The position numbers and the translations under genes are program-made. The notes below the pieces were generated by a model. The model saw only the letters and a program-made list of their open reading frames with translations. It made no database searches and was not told the origin of the DNA. DNA of 64,000 bases, from assembly GCA_016188455.1 (NCBI GenBank), contig JACPHR010000018.1, positions 5,079-69,078 of the forward strand, read 5' to 3'. Positions 35,622-44,469 of this stretch are shown piece after piece. Position 1 is the first letter of the stretch. The number at the start of each line of letters is the position of its first letter. The stretch comes from Candidatus Tayloriibacteriota bacterium. GTDB lineage: Bacteria > Patescibacteriota > Minisyncoccia > Phycocordibacterales > SIBU01.

Positions 35622-36590
35622 ATGCCGTGCATGACAAAAATTTCAAAATCAAAACTAAGCGGCTCGATACTCGTTACCGGCGCCACGGGCTTTGTGGGCT
35701 CGCACCTTGCCAGAAAGCTAGTCATGCTTGGCTGTGATATTCACGTTCTGGTCCGTCCAACCTCCAACCTCTGGCGGCTCAAGGATATTAGTTCAAAAAT
35801 CACCCTTCATCACGGCGACCTTGCCGACAAAGCCTCGGTAGAAAAAGTTGTGGCCGAGGTCAAGCCCAAAGGTATTTTTCACCTTGGAGCGGCCATTGTT
35901 ATAAGCGGCCTTGGCGCCGACAGTGAGACAATGGTTGCCGCCAATGTTTTAGGCACGGTTAATCTCTTGGATGCCGCCTCTTCCTATCCTTATGATTTTT
36001 TTGTGGCCATGGGCAGTTTTCTTGAGTACGGTTTCAAAGACCATCCTATAGCGGAGAGCGAGATTTGCCAGCCCGGGGAGCTTTACGGCATCACCAAGCT
36101 TTTGGGCACGCTCTACGGCCAGGCGCTGGCGCGTAGGGAAGGCAAACCCATCGTCACGCTTCGCTTGTTCACGCCCTACGGCCCGTGGAACGAAAAGGAA
36201 CGGCTGACGCACAAAATTATCGCTTCCGCGCTCGCAGGTAAAGAGATTGCTTTGACTCGTCCCACCGTGTCACGGGATTTTGTTTTTATTGACGATATCG
36301 TGGAGCTTATCCTTGAAGCGGCGCTAGCAGCTTTAAAGTATCGGGGAGAAATTTTTAATCTCGGTTCGGGCGTGCGGACGCCCATCGGCGATGTGGTTTC
36401 TTATATCTTAAAAAAAACCAACTCCAAAAGTGAAGTCAAGTGGGGAACTTTTCGCGGTGTTTCCTACGACAGCGACTGGTGGCAAGCGGATATGACCAAA
36501 ACCTTTTCCTGTTTTTCCTGGCGGCCGAAGTGCCCCCTTCACGCGGGTCTCGATAAGACCATTGAACATTTCAAAAAGTACGCCTGCTAA
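35622..36590 (+). CDS. NAD-dependent epimerase/dehydratase
   Basis: TGATGFVGSH, YGITK, YGP, RDFVFI. Confidence 0.88.
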   Translation: MPCMTKISKSKLSGSILVTGATGFVGSHLARKLVMLGCDIHVLVRPTSNLWRLKDISSKITLHHGDLADKASVEKVVAEVKPKGIFHLGAAIVISGLGADSETMVAANVLGTVNLLDAASSYPYDFFVAMGSFLEYGFKDHPIAESEICQPGELYGITKLLGTLYGQALARREGKPIVTLRLFTPYGPWNEKERLTHKIIASALAGKEIALTRPTVSRDFVFIDDIVELILEAALAALKYRGEIFNLGSGVRTPIGDVVSYILKKTNSKSEVKWGTFRGVSYDSDWWQADMTKTFSCFSWRPKCPLHAGLDKTIEHFKKYAC

Positions 36591-36629
36591 TTTTCTTGAC
36601 ACCAGTTAGGGCTAATGGACTATACTCTC

Positions 36630-36699
36630 ATCATAAGTAGTACGGTACTTGCACCAAAAGAGCATGTCCTAGGTCTAGAGTCCGCTCTTTTGGTTTTTT
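36630..36699 (+). ncRNA. Putative small RNA 1 or long terminator
   Basis: TTGACA 36596 and TATACT 36621 (19-bp spacer); ACCAAAAGAGC/GCTCTTTTGGT stem plus U-tract; no ORF. Confidence 0.35.
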
Positions 36700-36777
36700 A
36701 CCAGATTTTATAGAGATATTTTTACAGTTATACACTTTCCCGCTTGACTTCCGGTAAGCCGCTTGCTAATATACTTT

Positions 36778-36866
36778 TGGCGCTTGGAGGGCTCTGGCCC
36801 TGTCACGGCTATCCAAGCTGTAGCCAAGTGCCGCTAAAAAACACCGCCTTGCGCGGCGTTTTTTAG
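36778..36866 (+). ncRNA. Putative small structured RNA 2 (possible pseudoknot)
   Basis: TTGACT-17-TAATAT promoter; interleaved stems GCTTGGA/TCCAAGC and GGCTA/TAGCC; bidirectional terminator 36834-36866. Confidence 0.45.
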
Positions 36867-36867
36867 T

Positions 36868-37353
36868 TTAATCGTTTTCCGGATTACCGCTATGCAAAAC
36901 TCGACGGCTGTTCGTTGAATCAATTTTCCAATATGGAATGACGCTCCAAAAATGTTTCTCGCCGCCTAAAACCTGCTTGACAATCACTTTCATACGAACA
37001 TTTTCCAGTACGGCGATAAATTCATAGAATGTTACTTCTTTCAAAACATGCTCCCAGCGACTACTTGTTTTTTGGTCCTCAAACTTTTTCGTAGACCAAA
37101 TACCTTGAACGGTGTGAGATTTTCTTAGCACTTCTGCCACAAATGGCAACAACTTCAATCGGGTATATTGGTCATCCCGCACTCGAGCAACCTGATCTGA
37201 CTTGAATTTGAGATGTTTTAACCCTTTAGTGTTGAAAGAAATCTTCTCTTTAAAATATGGGCAGTAAATCTCACCGATAGACGCGTAAAGTTTCTCGGCT
37301 TTATTGCTTACTTCCACAAAATCTTTTTCGTCTTTGAGATTAAATGTGCCCAT
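36868..37353 (-). CDS. Hypothetical protein, possible BECR/RelE-like RNase fold
   Basis: 161 aa; ISFNTKGLKHLKFK..RLKLL..VL, then beta strands FYEFIAV/MKVIVKQ/HFWSVIP; lower GC than neighbours. Confidence 0.55.
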   Translation of the reverse strand: MGTFNLKDEKDFVEVSNKAEKLYASIGEIYCPYFKEKISFNTKGLKHLKFKSDQVARVRDDQYTRLKLLPFVAEVLRKSHTVQGIWSTKKFEDQKTSSRWEHVLKEVTFYEFIAVLENVRMKVIVKQVLGGEKHFWSVIPYWKIDSTNSRRVLHSGNPEND

Positions 37354-37474
37354 GGTTTTAGTGTTTCGTCGCGTCCACCAACTTGTATAACGACCCTGCT
37401 TTGTGAGTAGGCGACAATGTTTTGCCTTTAACGCCCGTAATTTCTTCACCGGTCAAGGGTAGGACCAGAGGATT

Positions 37475-38746
37475 TTATTTTGTAGCAGGTTTTGCTTCCC
37501 CAATTCGTATGACTTTTACGCCGGGCCGGTTCTTGAAATATCTAAAAGGGTCAATGACCACCGAGCCTTTCGGGAAACGATAGGTGTTAAATACTTCGTG
37601 CTTGGTAGCTAAGAAATAAATAGCTGGTTTTAATTTCAATGGTTTGTCATCAATATGAGGGTCGTGATGAGTATGCTTCAGTTCTCGTTCTCTAAGGATA
37701 TTTACTAATAGTGTCGCGGGGCTTCCGACAGTCAGATTAGTGCCGGCCTTGAAAGATTTTCCAAGAACGATAATCGGCAATTTATGCTTTTTATGCTCGG
37801 CATGTACGAGATTCGCCAGCCATTCGGTCTGATGTTCCCGCGCCATCATCAAATCGTTGAAAATGTTGTGGGACAATTTCAATTTGCCAGCGAGCCAGCT
37901 CATGGCTATATTGTCTCTGGGGTGGCAGCCGCCGCCGTCTCCCATGCCGCCGGAGAGATACCGCGGACTCATCAGACGATGCCGAGCCAAACCGATTGCC
38001 CGTGTGACACTATCCGCGTCGGCTCCCACATTGTGGCAGATTTCCATGACGGTGTTGGCAAACACTATTTTCATTCCGATGTAAGTGTTATAGGCCACCT
38101 TTATCAATTCCGCCGATTTAATGGTGGTCTCATAAATGAGACCGCGGTGGATAGTCTGATAGAAATTCTTTAACGCTCTGGCGGCCGCTTTTTCGTCAAC
38201 GCCGATTAAAACAAATTCCGGATTGAGAAAGTCTTTCACGGTCGTACCCATGGCGATAAAGAGCGGTTCATACACCAAGTGGATGTATTGGTTGAGGAGA
38301 GGTTTTATTTCCCGCTCTATGGTGCCTGGCAAGACGGTGGAGATAATGACTAAAACAATGTTTTTACGCAATTTTTTCGCCGCCGCCACCACATCTTTTA
38401 TGCCGGCAACCAAAAAGGAGTATTCAAAATCGGCCCGCTCTTTCGGCAATCTGGTTGTGCCTTCAAATTTTTCATGGTGCGGGGTTTGAATCGGCATGAA
38501 CACCATATCGGAAAATTTTACCACCTCCTCAACCGAACCCAGTTTGATTTTGGTTTTTTTGAGCAGAGCCGGCGCGCCTTCCTCTTGGTAGGGGATTTTT
38601 CTCTTTCTGAGATATTCCGCAATCTTTGGACTGATGTCGTAGCCCATGACCTTGTACCCCTTGCTTTCAATGGCCAGCGCTACCGGCAACCCGAGCTTGC
38701 CCAAGCCGATGAAGCCGATGTTTTTTTTGGAGCTCTTTTTATTCAT
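37475..38746 (-). CDS. UDP-glucose/GDP-mannose dehydrogenase
   Basis: GLGKLG, STVLPGT, SAELIK, GGGCHPRD (catalytic Cys present). Confidence 0.88.
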   Translation of the reverse strand: MNKKSSKKNIGFIGLGKLGLPVALAIESKGYKVMGYDISPKIAEYLRKRKIPYQEEGAPALLKKTKIKLGSVEEVVKFSDMVFMPIQTPHHEKFEGTTRLPKERADFEYSFLVAGIKDVVAAAKKLRKNIVLVIISTVLPGTIEREIKPLLNQYIHLVYEPLFIAMGTTVKDFLNPEFVLIGVDEKAAARALKNFYQTIHRGLIYETTIKSAELIKVAYNTYIGMKIVFANTVMEICHNVGADADSVTRAIGLARHRLMSPRYLSGGMGDGGGCHPRDNIAMSWLAGKLKLSHNIFNDLMMAREHQTEWLANLVHAEHKKHKLPIIVLGKSFKAGTNLTVGSPATLLVNILRERELKHTHHDPHIDDKPLKLKPAIYFLATKHEVFNTYRFPKGSVVIDPFRYFKNRPGVKVIRIGEAKPATK

Positions 38747-38766
38747 AATATTGTGTTATTTGTTAA

Positions 38767-39729
38767 TCAAGCGTAGAGGATTTTAAAAGCCAGGGTTCTA
38801 ATCAGGCTGTGTTTTTTAAGGTCCAGATTTTCCGCCGGCATGCCGGGATTCAAAAATCTAGCGACGGTAGGGATATTTGAAGCGCCGTGGAGCATGAACG
38901 CGCATTTGGCCAAAAGCAGGCAATCAATGAGCACTTCCTCCGCCAGCATTCGGCGATTATTGGTTTTCATAAACCTAATACCCGCGACCGTGACATCCTG
39001 CTGGGTAGAATAGGCGACAAGCTTGTCCCCGTAACGCCTCTTAAACGCCTTGAGAGTGGCCGGGTCGTCGGTCGCCAGAAATATTTTAGAGAAGTTGCCG
39101 CCAACAAGCAAGCGGTCAATTTTCTCAAAATAGCCTTGGAGCGGATATTTGATGAAATACGGGTCGGGTTTGCCGGTGGCGCCGTGGGCCATTCTAAAGG
39201 CGTCAAACGCTCCGCGGTATTGCACGGCAAGACATCTTTTTCCTTTGAGGCGGGCGGTGTAAAACTGTGCCACTTTGTCCAGAATTTCTTTTTTAATCCG
39301 GAGGCGGTCATTAAACACTCGATGAAAAAGTTTTCGCTGTCTTTGGCTTAAGTCGGAGTAGGGATTGCGGTGCATTCTCGTCAGAAAAAGATAGCGGTAT
39401 ATCTTTTTTGACTGCGGAGTGTTTACCACCGGTTCAAAACAGTATTGCCACATATTTTCTTGGGGCGAGTCATTATAAACCGTATGGCGATAATCAACAA
39501 AAATATCCTTTTCGCCGTTAACGGAAATGAGATAGAGCACCTCGCGAACGAAAGAGAAAAAGCCGCGGCCGACGGACGGCTGGTGGCTGGTGTCGTTTAT
39601 GAATACCGCCTCCGAGCTCACGCGCCGGACCTTCAAGGCGTTTCGCGCCGACAGGCCAAAATCGGCAAGCGTGTCGGATAAGAGTCGCATCCGAAATTTT
39701 ATTTTTGGCCACATCTTGCGTATGCCCAA
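38767..39729 (-). CDS. NodZ/GT23-like fucosyltransferase
   Basis: GFFS, NMWQYCFEP, AVQYRG, IFLATDD, DCLLLAKC, SN. Confidence 0.65.
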   Translation of the reverse strand: MGIRKMWPKIKFRMRLLSDTLADFGLSARNALKVRRVSSEAVFINDTSHQPSVGRGFFSFVREVLYLISVNGEKDIFVDYRHTVYNDSPQENMWQYCFEPVVNTPQSKKIYRYLFLTRMHRNPYSDLSQRQRKLFHRVFNDRLRIKKEILDKVAQFYTARLKGKRCLAVQYRGAFDAFRMAHGATGKPDPYFIKYPLQGYFEKIDRLLVGGNFSKIFLATDDPATLKAFKRRYGDKLVAYSTQQDVTVAGIRFMKTNNRRMLAEEVLIDCLLLAKCAFMLHGASNIPTVARFLNPGMPAENLDLKKHSLIRTLAFKILYA

Positions 39730-39737
39730 TTTGGGTA

Positions 39738-39864
39738 TAGGACTTACGCAATCGGATGCAGTTCGAGGCGCGAGCTCGGCTTGCGACCAAGCTGTAGTTA
39801 GATGCTACTGCGCGGGAGCAAACGAGCGAAGCAACGAAGAAATGCGCCGATTGCGTAAGTCCTA
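39738..39864. mobile_element. Family-C palindromic element (127 bp)
   Basis: Perfect 18-bp ends TAGGACTTACGCAATCGG/CCGATTGCGTAAGTCCTA. Confidence 0.92.
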
Positions 39865-39909
39865 AAGAAATAATCACCACATGGTCGCATATTCATCGGC
39901 AAAAATCAA

Positions 39910-39974
39910 TCAACTACCGCGCAGCAAACTGACTAGGTATACCGAGTCAGACTTGCTGGCAGTGCGGTAGTTGA
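39910..39974. repeat. 65-bp imperfect palindrome
   Basis: TCAACTACCGC..CTGACTAGGTATACCGAGTCAG..GCGGTAGTTGA. Confidence 0.8.
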
Positions 39975-40077
39975 CCCAGCACCATTTTCACCGATATGCC
40001 GCTTGTGATATATGAAAATCTTTCCCCAATCATGTATAACAGTTAGAAACGAGCATTCTGTAAAAATGGTGCTGGGT
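39975..40077. mobile_element. Family-D element
   Basis: CCCAGCACCATTTT..AAAATGGTGCTGGG ends as at 4918-5021, different interior; degenerate half copy at 43075-43103. Confidence 0.85.
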
Positions 40078-40160
40078 TGATTATCCGCAAGCCACCTCAA
40101 AAATTTCCGGTGGGCGGATAATAAAAAATTGAAAAATCCAAACCGTTTGCTATGATTGCT

Positions 40161-40267
40161 TTGAATTACGAAACTCGTTTTTTGCGGAGAGAAACCTCTC
40201 CCGCGCGCCTTGTCCGGACGGGAGGCAAGCGGGAGGGGTTTCTCGAAGCAAGAGTTTCGTAATTCAA
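40161..40267. mobile_element. Family-A element in the nadE 5' leader
   Basis: TTGAATTACGAAACTC..GAGTTTCGTAATTCAA; lies between TTGAAA-16-TATGAT (40129-40156) and ATG 40294. Confidence 0.9.
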
Positions 40268-40293
40268 GACATGATTACACCCATTACGTTTCT

Positions 40294-42105
40294 ATGCGTA
40301 TAGCCATACTACAACTCAATTACACAGTCGGAGATTTTGAAGGAAACGCGGCCAAGATTCTTCAAGGCTATCGTCGCGCCCGCAAAGAAGGGGCGGAGGT
40401 AGTGCTCGGGACGGAGCTCTCGCTCTTCGGCTACCCGCCGCTTGACCTGTTGGAACGCGCTGACTATATTGCGAAACAGTACGATGAATTAAAAAAATTG
40501 ACCGCCAAAATCGGCGGCGTCCCTCTGGTCATAGGCGTTGCCGAGAAAAACGAAAACAAAAAAGGCAAACCGCTTTTTAACAGCGCGGTTGTTATTCACA
40601 ACGGGCGGATTGTTCACCGCGCGCGCAAGACACTGCTTCCCACCTATGATGTCTTTGACGAGTCGCGTTATTTTGAAGCCAACGACGGGCCGGTTCGGCC
40701 TTGGGTATACAAAGGCAAAAAAATCCTTATACTGCTCTGTGAAGATATTTGGAACGGGTCCGAGAACGCCGACAATAAACTCTACCATACCTTGAATTAC
40801 GAAACTGGCGCTTCGAGAACTTCTTCCCGCCCGCCTGCCAGCGCCGGAGCCGCAGGCTATGGCGGGCAGGCTTGCTTCCCGTCCGGACAAGGCGCGCGGG
40901 ATGAAGTTCTCTTAGCGGAAACCGAGTTTCGTAATTCAAGGTACCACAAGGACCCGCTTATAGAAGCCAAGGCGCTTTCTCCCGATTTGGTATTGGTCAT
41001 CAACGGCTCGCCCTATTTTTGGGGCAAGGGAGACGGGCGGCTGTCGCTTGTCTCGGGCATCGGCCGGCGCTTGCGCTGCCCGATATTTTACGCCAATCAA
41101 GTGGGCGGCAATACGGACCTGGTTTTTGACGGGCGAAGTTTCGCGGTGGACGGAAATGGCAGATGCATCGGAGCCGCCAAACCGTTCGCCGAGGATGTCT
41201 TGATGGTTGATACCAAAACAGCCAAAGCGGTTGCATATTCCTCCGATGCTGGCAAACCGGAAGAACTTTACAACGCGCTTGTCTGCGGGGTCCGTGACTA
41301 CTTGAGGAAAATCAAAAACACCAAAGGAGTGGTGGTGGGGCTTTCGGGCGGCGTTGATTCGGCGCTGGTCGCTACCATCGCCGTGGACGCGCTCGGTGCG
41401 GACAAAGTGCGCGGCATTGCTATGCCCTCGACCTTCTCCTCCGATGAGAGTGTCATTGACGCCAAGACCCTGGCGGAAAATCTTGGCATTCAATTTGACG
41501 TTGTTCCCATTAAAAAAGCCTACGGCTCTTTCGGAGAAATACTCGGGCCGGTCATTGGCTGGGAAAAGCCGCTTGCCTTGGCCGAAGAGAATGTGCAAGC
41601 GCGCGTTCGGGGCCTGATTTTGATGGCCATTTCAAATCGCGAGGGCAATATTGTGCTCACCACCGGAAACAAATCGGAGATTGCGGTGGGCTACTGCACG
41701 CTCTACGGGGACATGGCCGGGGGCTACGCCGTGATTTCGGACATTCCCAAGACGGTTGTCTACAGCTTGGCGGAATACCGGAACGCTAAAGCCAAGAAAG
41801 ACATCATTCCGCGCCGCAGCCTTGAAAAGGCGCCGTCCGCCGAGCTTCGGCCAAACCAGAAGGACCAGGACACCTTGCCGCCTTATGACGTGCTTGACGA
41901 TATTTTAGAGCAGTATGTTGAAGAGCAGAAAGGTCTAGCTGATATTGTTAAATCGGGGCACAATCCAAAAACGGTGGAGTGGGTAATCCAGACGATTGAC
42001 AGGAACGAGTATAAACGTCGGCAGATGCCGCCCGGGCCGAAGGTCACGGGCAAAGCCTTCGGCAGCGGCCGGCGGATTCCCATCGCGGCCAAGTTTATCC
42101 TGTAG
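40294..42105 (+). CDS. nadE: Glutamine-dependent NAD+ synthetase with a 53-aa in-frame insertion
   Basis: Nitrilase triad (TEL, KTLLPTYDVFDESRYF, CEDIW); GLSGGVDS, ENVQAR, TGNKSE, GYCTLYGD, PSAEL, EYKRRQ. Confidence 0.95.
   Translation: MRIAILQLNYTVGDFEGNAAKILQGYRRARKEGAEVVLGTELSLFGYPPLDLLERADYIAKQYDELKKLTAKIGGVPLVIGVAEKNENKKGKPLFNSAVVIHNGRIVHRARKTLLPTYDVFDESRYFEANDGPVRPWVYKGKKILILLCEDIWNGSENADNKLYHTLNYETGASRTSSRPPASAGAAGYGGQACFPSGQGARDEVLLAETEFRNSRYHKDPLIEAKALSPDLVLVINGSPYFWGKGDGRLSLVSGIGRRLRCPIFYANQVGGNTDLVFDGRSFAVDGNGRCIGAAKPFAEDVLMVDTKTAKAVAYSSDAGKPEELYNALVCGVRDYLRKIKNTKGVVVGLSGGVDSALVATIAVDALGADKVRGIAMPSTFSSDESVIDAKTLAENLGIQFDVVPIKKAYGSFGEILGPVIGWEKPLALAEENVQARVRGLILMAISNREGNIVLTTGNKSEIAVGYCTLYGDMAGGYAVISDIPKTVVYSLAEYRNAKAKKDIIPRRSLEKAPSAELRPNQKDQDTLPPYDVLDDILEQYVEEQKGLADIVKSGHNPKTVEWVIQTIDRNEYKRRQMPPGPKVTGKAFGSGRRIPIAAKFIL
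40790..40941. mobile_element. Family-A element inserted in frame in nadE, with a nested 41-bp palindrome
   Basis: CCTTGAATTACGAAACT..AGTTTCGTAATTCAAGG; flanks TACCATA/TACCACA 159 bp apart; nested insert 40831-40871. Confidence 0.93.
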
Positions 42106-42976
42106 ACTTTTTCCCGTTTCGAATTAAATCAATTATGAATGAGCTGATGTATAAGGTAAAAAGAAAACTCTTACACCTCATTGGCAGTGGATGGGGTTAC
42201 TCTGGCGACTATCAAAACTGGAACCACCCTACATTTACCAGATATGATGATCCGATTATTTTTCAAAGAACACAAAAAGCTTTTGAAATGGTTAAGGCCA
42301 ACAATGCGTTATATGTTCGAGACAGCACACCGGTAAGGACTAGAGAGTATAACACCACTCTCACCAACATCTTAGATAGAATCTCAAGAGAGAGAGAGAG
42401 AGAGAGGATTGTCCTGCTAGATTTTGGAGGAGGAATGGGAACTGCGTACTTTCAAAACAAAGAACGGCTACCTTTAATGGATTGGAATATTGTTGAGCAG
42501 AAGAACCTGATTGATTACATGACAAAGGAGATACCTTACAGGTTTGGCTTGTTTACTGACACACAGGATTGTATTTACCAAAAGGATCCTGATGTCGCAT
42601 TATTTTCTGGTTCTCTGCAGTACATTGAACATCCTTATAAAATTCTGGGTTTAGTTGCCAAAACGGTTGATTATATTATTTTTGATCATACGACATTCAT
42701 TGACGCAGAAAAGGATCGTCTTACTCGACAAATCATCAATCCAAAAATCTACCCGGCACGCTTTCCTTGTTGGTTTTTTAGCGAAAACAAGATCAAGAAT
42801 TTTTTATCGCAATATGGCTTTCGATTTGAATCAGAATCTGATACAAAATCCATCAAATTAAAGGGAGTACAAGCCGCTTATAAAGATATGTTTTTTATAA
42901 AAACTCGAGTAAAATAAAAACAGCGTCATTTGTGTGATTTTTCAGCTCCCATCGCGGCCAAGTTTATCCTGTAGAC
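42078..42976 (+). mobile_element. 869-bp cassette bounded by 30-bp direct repeats of the nadE 3' end
   Basis: TCCCATCGCGGCCAAGTTTATCCTGTAGAC at 42078-42107 and 42947-42976. Confidence 0.85.
42135..42917 (+). CDS. Putative methyltransferase (TIGR04325-like), AT-rich, with an (AG)10 tract
   Basis: LLDFGGGMGTAYF, WNIVEQ, SGSLQYI, PCWFFS; (AG)10 at 42387-42406. Confidence 0.75.
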   Translation: MNELMYKVKRKLLHLIGSGWGYSGDYQNWNHPTFTRYDDPIIFQRTQKAFEMVKANNALYVRDSTPVRTREYNTTLTNILDRISRERERERIVLLDFGGGMGTAYFQNKERLPLMDWNIVEQKNLIDYMTKEIPYRFGLFTDTQDCIYQKDPDVALFSGSLQYIEHPYKILGLVAKTVDYIIFDHTTFIDAEKDRLTRQIINPKIYPARFPCWFFSENKIKNFLSQYGFRFESESDTKSIKLKGVQAAYKDMFFIKTRVK

Positions 42977-43029
42977 CTTATTATCTGCCCGCAGAATATC
43001 CAGCACTTGCTTTATCTTAATCTTACCTA

Positions 43030-43069
43030 ATGTTACCTAACTCAAGCGTACGCTTGAGTTAGGTAACAT
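43030..43069. repeat. 40-bp perfect palindrome (family E)
   Basis: ATGTTACCTAACTCAAGCGTACGCTTGAGTTAGGTAACAT. Confidence 0.92.
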
Positions 43070-43218
43070 AGGGCAATCGTTATTCGGTAAAAATGGCGTT
43101 GAGTCAACCTACCTAGCGGTGTGATTTTTCTCTAGTGAATGGGGTTATAGAAGCCGATTGAAAAGGCCGCCAGTGTTTGCTATGATTACGCGCACTGTCG
43201 CATTGAGTCACATAATAA

Positions 43219-44469
43219 ATGTCTCTAATTACGATGAAGGTTACTAAGACTAAAACAAAAAAAAATATCCGGGTACCCTATCTTTTGACCGTTTACGGCA
43301 AGGAGGAGATAAAGGCGGTCAATGAAGTTTTGAAAGACCCGACCAAAATCTCAAGCGGGCCAAGGGTGCGCGAATTTGAACAAAAAATCGCGGGGATGTT
43401 CGGCAAAAAATTCGGCGTCATGGTCAATTCCGGTTCCTCGGCCAACCTTTTGGCCGTGGACGCGCTTAACATGCCCAAAGGTAGCGAAGTCATCACCCCA
43501 ATTCTCACTTTTGCCACTACCGTCTCGCCCATCGTGCAGAGGGATTTAGTGCCGGCTTTTGCGGATGTAGAAGAGGGAACTTACCAGATTAATATAAACC
43601 AGATTGGCAGTTTGCTTTCCAAAAAGACCAAGGCGCTCATGATCCCGTCTCTCATTGGCAATATGGCCGACCTTTCTAAACTGAAAGCTTTCGCGAAGAA
43701 ACACAAGCTTTGGTTCATTGAAGATTCCTGCGATGTGCTGGGCGCCAAATTTGCCGGCCGGCCGACCGGAAGCTATTCGGATGTTTCCACCACCAGCTTC
43801 TACGCCGCCCACGTTATCACCACCGCGGGCGCGGGCGGCGTGGTGGCCTTTCACGACGGCGCGCTGGCCAAGCGGGCCCTTATCAAAGCCAACTGGGGGA
43901 GGGAGTCAACGCTTTTTGGTTTTTACGAAAAATCGGAAGAGCTAAAGAAACGTTTCGCCGGCGCACTCGGGGGCATGCCGTATGACGCCAAATTTATTTT
44001 CAGCGAACTGGGCTACAATTTTCAGTCAACGGAAATCAACGCCGCTTTCGGTTTGGAGCAACTCAAACGATTCCCGAAATTTGTCGCCCGCCGCAAACAA
44101 AACGCGGCGGCGCTCTTAAAATTTTTCAAACGCTATGAAGCCTTTTTCATTTTGCCGGTAGAACACCCCAAAGCAGAAACTTTCTGGCACGCTTTTCCGC
44201 TCACTATCAGAAAAGGCGCCCCATTCACCCGTCTTGAGATTACGAAATATCTTGAGGAAAGAAATATTCAAACCAGGCCGATTTTTACGGGCAACATTTT
44301 GAGGCAGCCGGCCTTCCGCCATATAAAAGCCAAGACGTTAAAAGAGGGCTATCCCGTGGCCGACCATATTATGCGCAACGGGTTTCTGATAGGGTGCAAT
44401 CATGGATTGGGAGAAAAACATATTGCCCATCTGTTCGATTCTTTTGAGCAGTTTCTCAAGAACAAATAA
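43219..44469 (+). CDS. rfbH: RfbH/DdhC-like PLP-dependent NDP-sugar 3-dehydratase
   Basis: VNSGSSANL, IEDSCD, SFYAAHVITT (His in place of Lys), WGR, GYNF, TRPIFTGNI. Confidence 0.75.
   Translation: MSLITMKVTKTKTKKNIRVPYLLTVYGKEEIKAVNEVLKDPTKISSGPRVREFEQKIAGMFGKKFGVMVNSGSSANLLAVDALNMPKGSEVITPILTFATTVSPIVQRDLVPAFADVEEGTYQININQIGSLLSKKTKALMIPSLIGNMADLSKLKAFAKKHKLWFIEDSCDVLGAKFAGRPTGSYSDVSTTSFYAAHVITTAGAGGVVAFHDGALAKRALIKANWGRESTLFGFYEKSEELKKRFAGALGGMPYDAKFIFSELGYNFQSTEINAAFGLEQLKRFPKFVARRKQNAAALLKFFKRYEAFFILPVEHPKAETFWHAFPLTIRKGAPFTRLEITKYLEERNIQTRPIFTGNILRQPAFRHIKAKTLKEGYPVADHIMRNGFLIGCNHGLGEKHIAHLFDSFEQFLKNK

Noticed and set aside
36778-36866. tRNA gene
   Set aside because: No T-loop (GTTCRA) or D-loop consensus and no cloverleaf spacing; no tRNA or rRNA recognised anywhere in the window
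40210-40293. N-terminal extensions given by the ORF track (also starts at 29622, 7595, 3673, 26676, 37449, 53332, 63320)
   Set aside because: They translate repeat elements, promoters or neighbouring genes; family motifs begin at downstream ATGs
25399-40948. Inteins or group I/II introns as the in-frame inserts
   Set aside because: Inserts are only 36-53 aa, lack intein terminal residues and ribozyme cores, and the nadE and nucleotidyltransferase inserts match intergenic palindromic repeats
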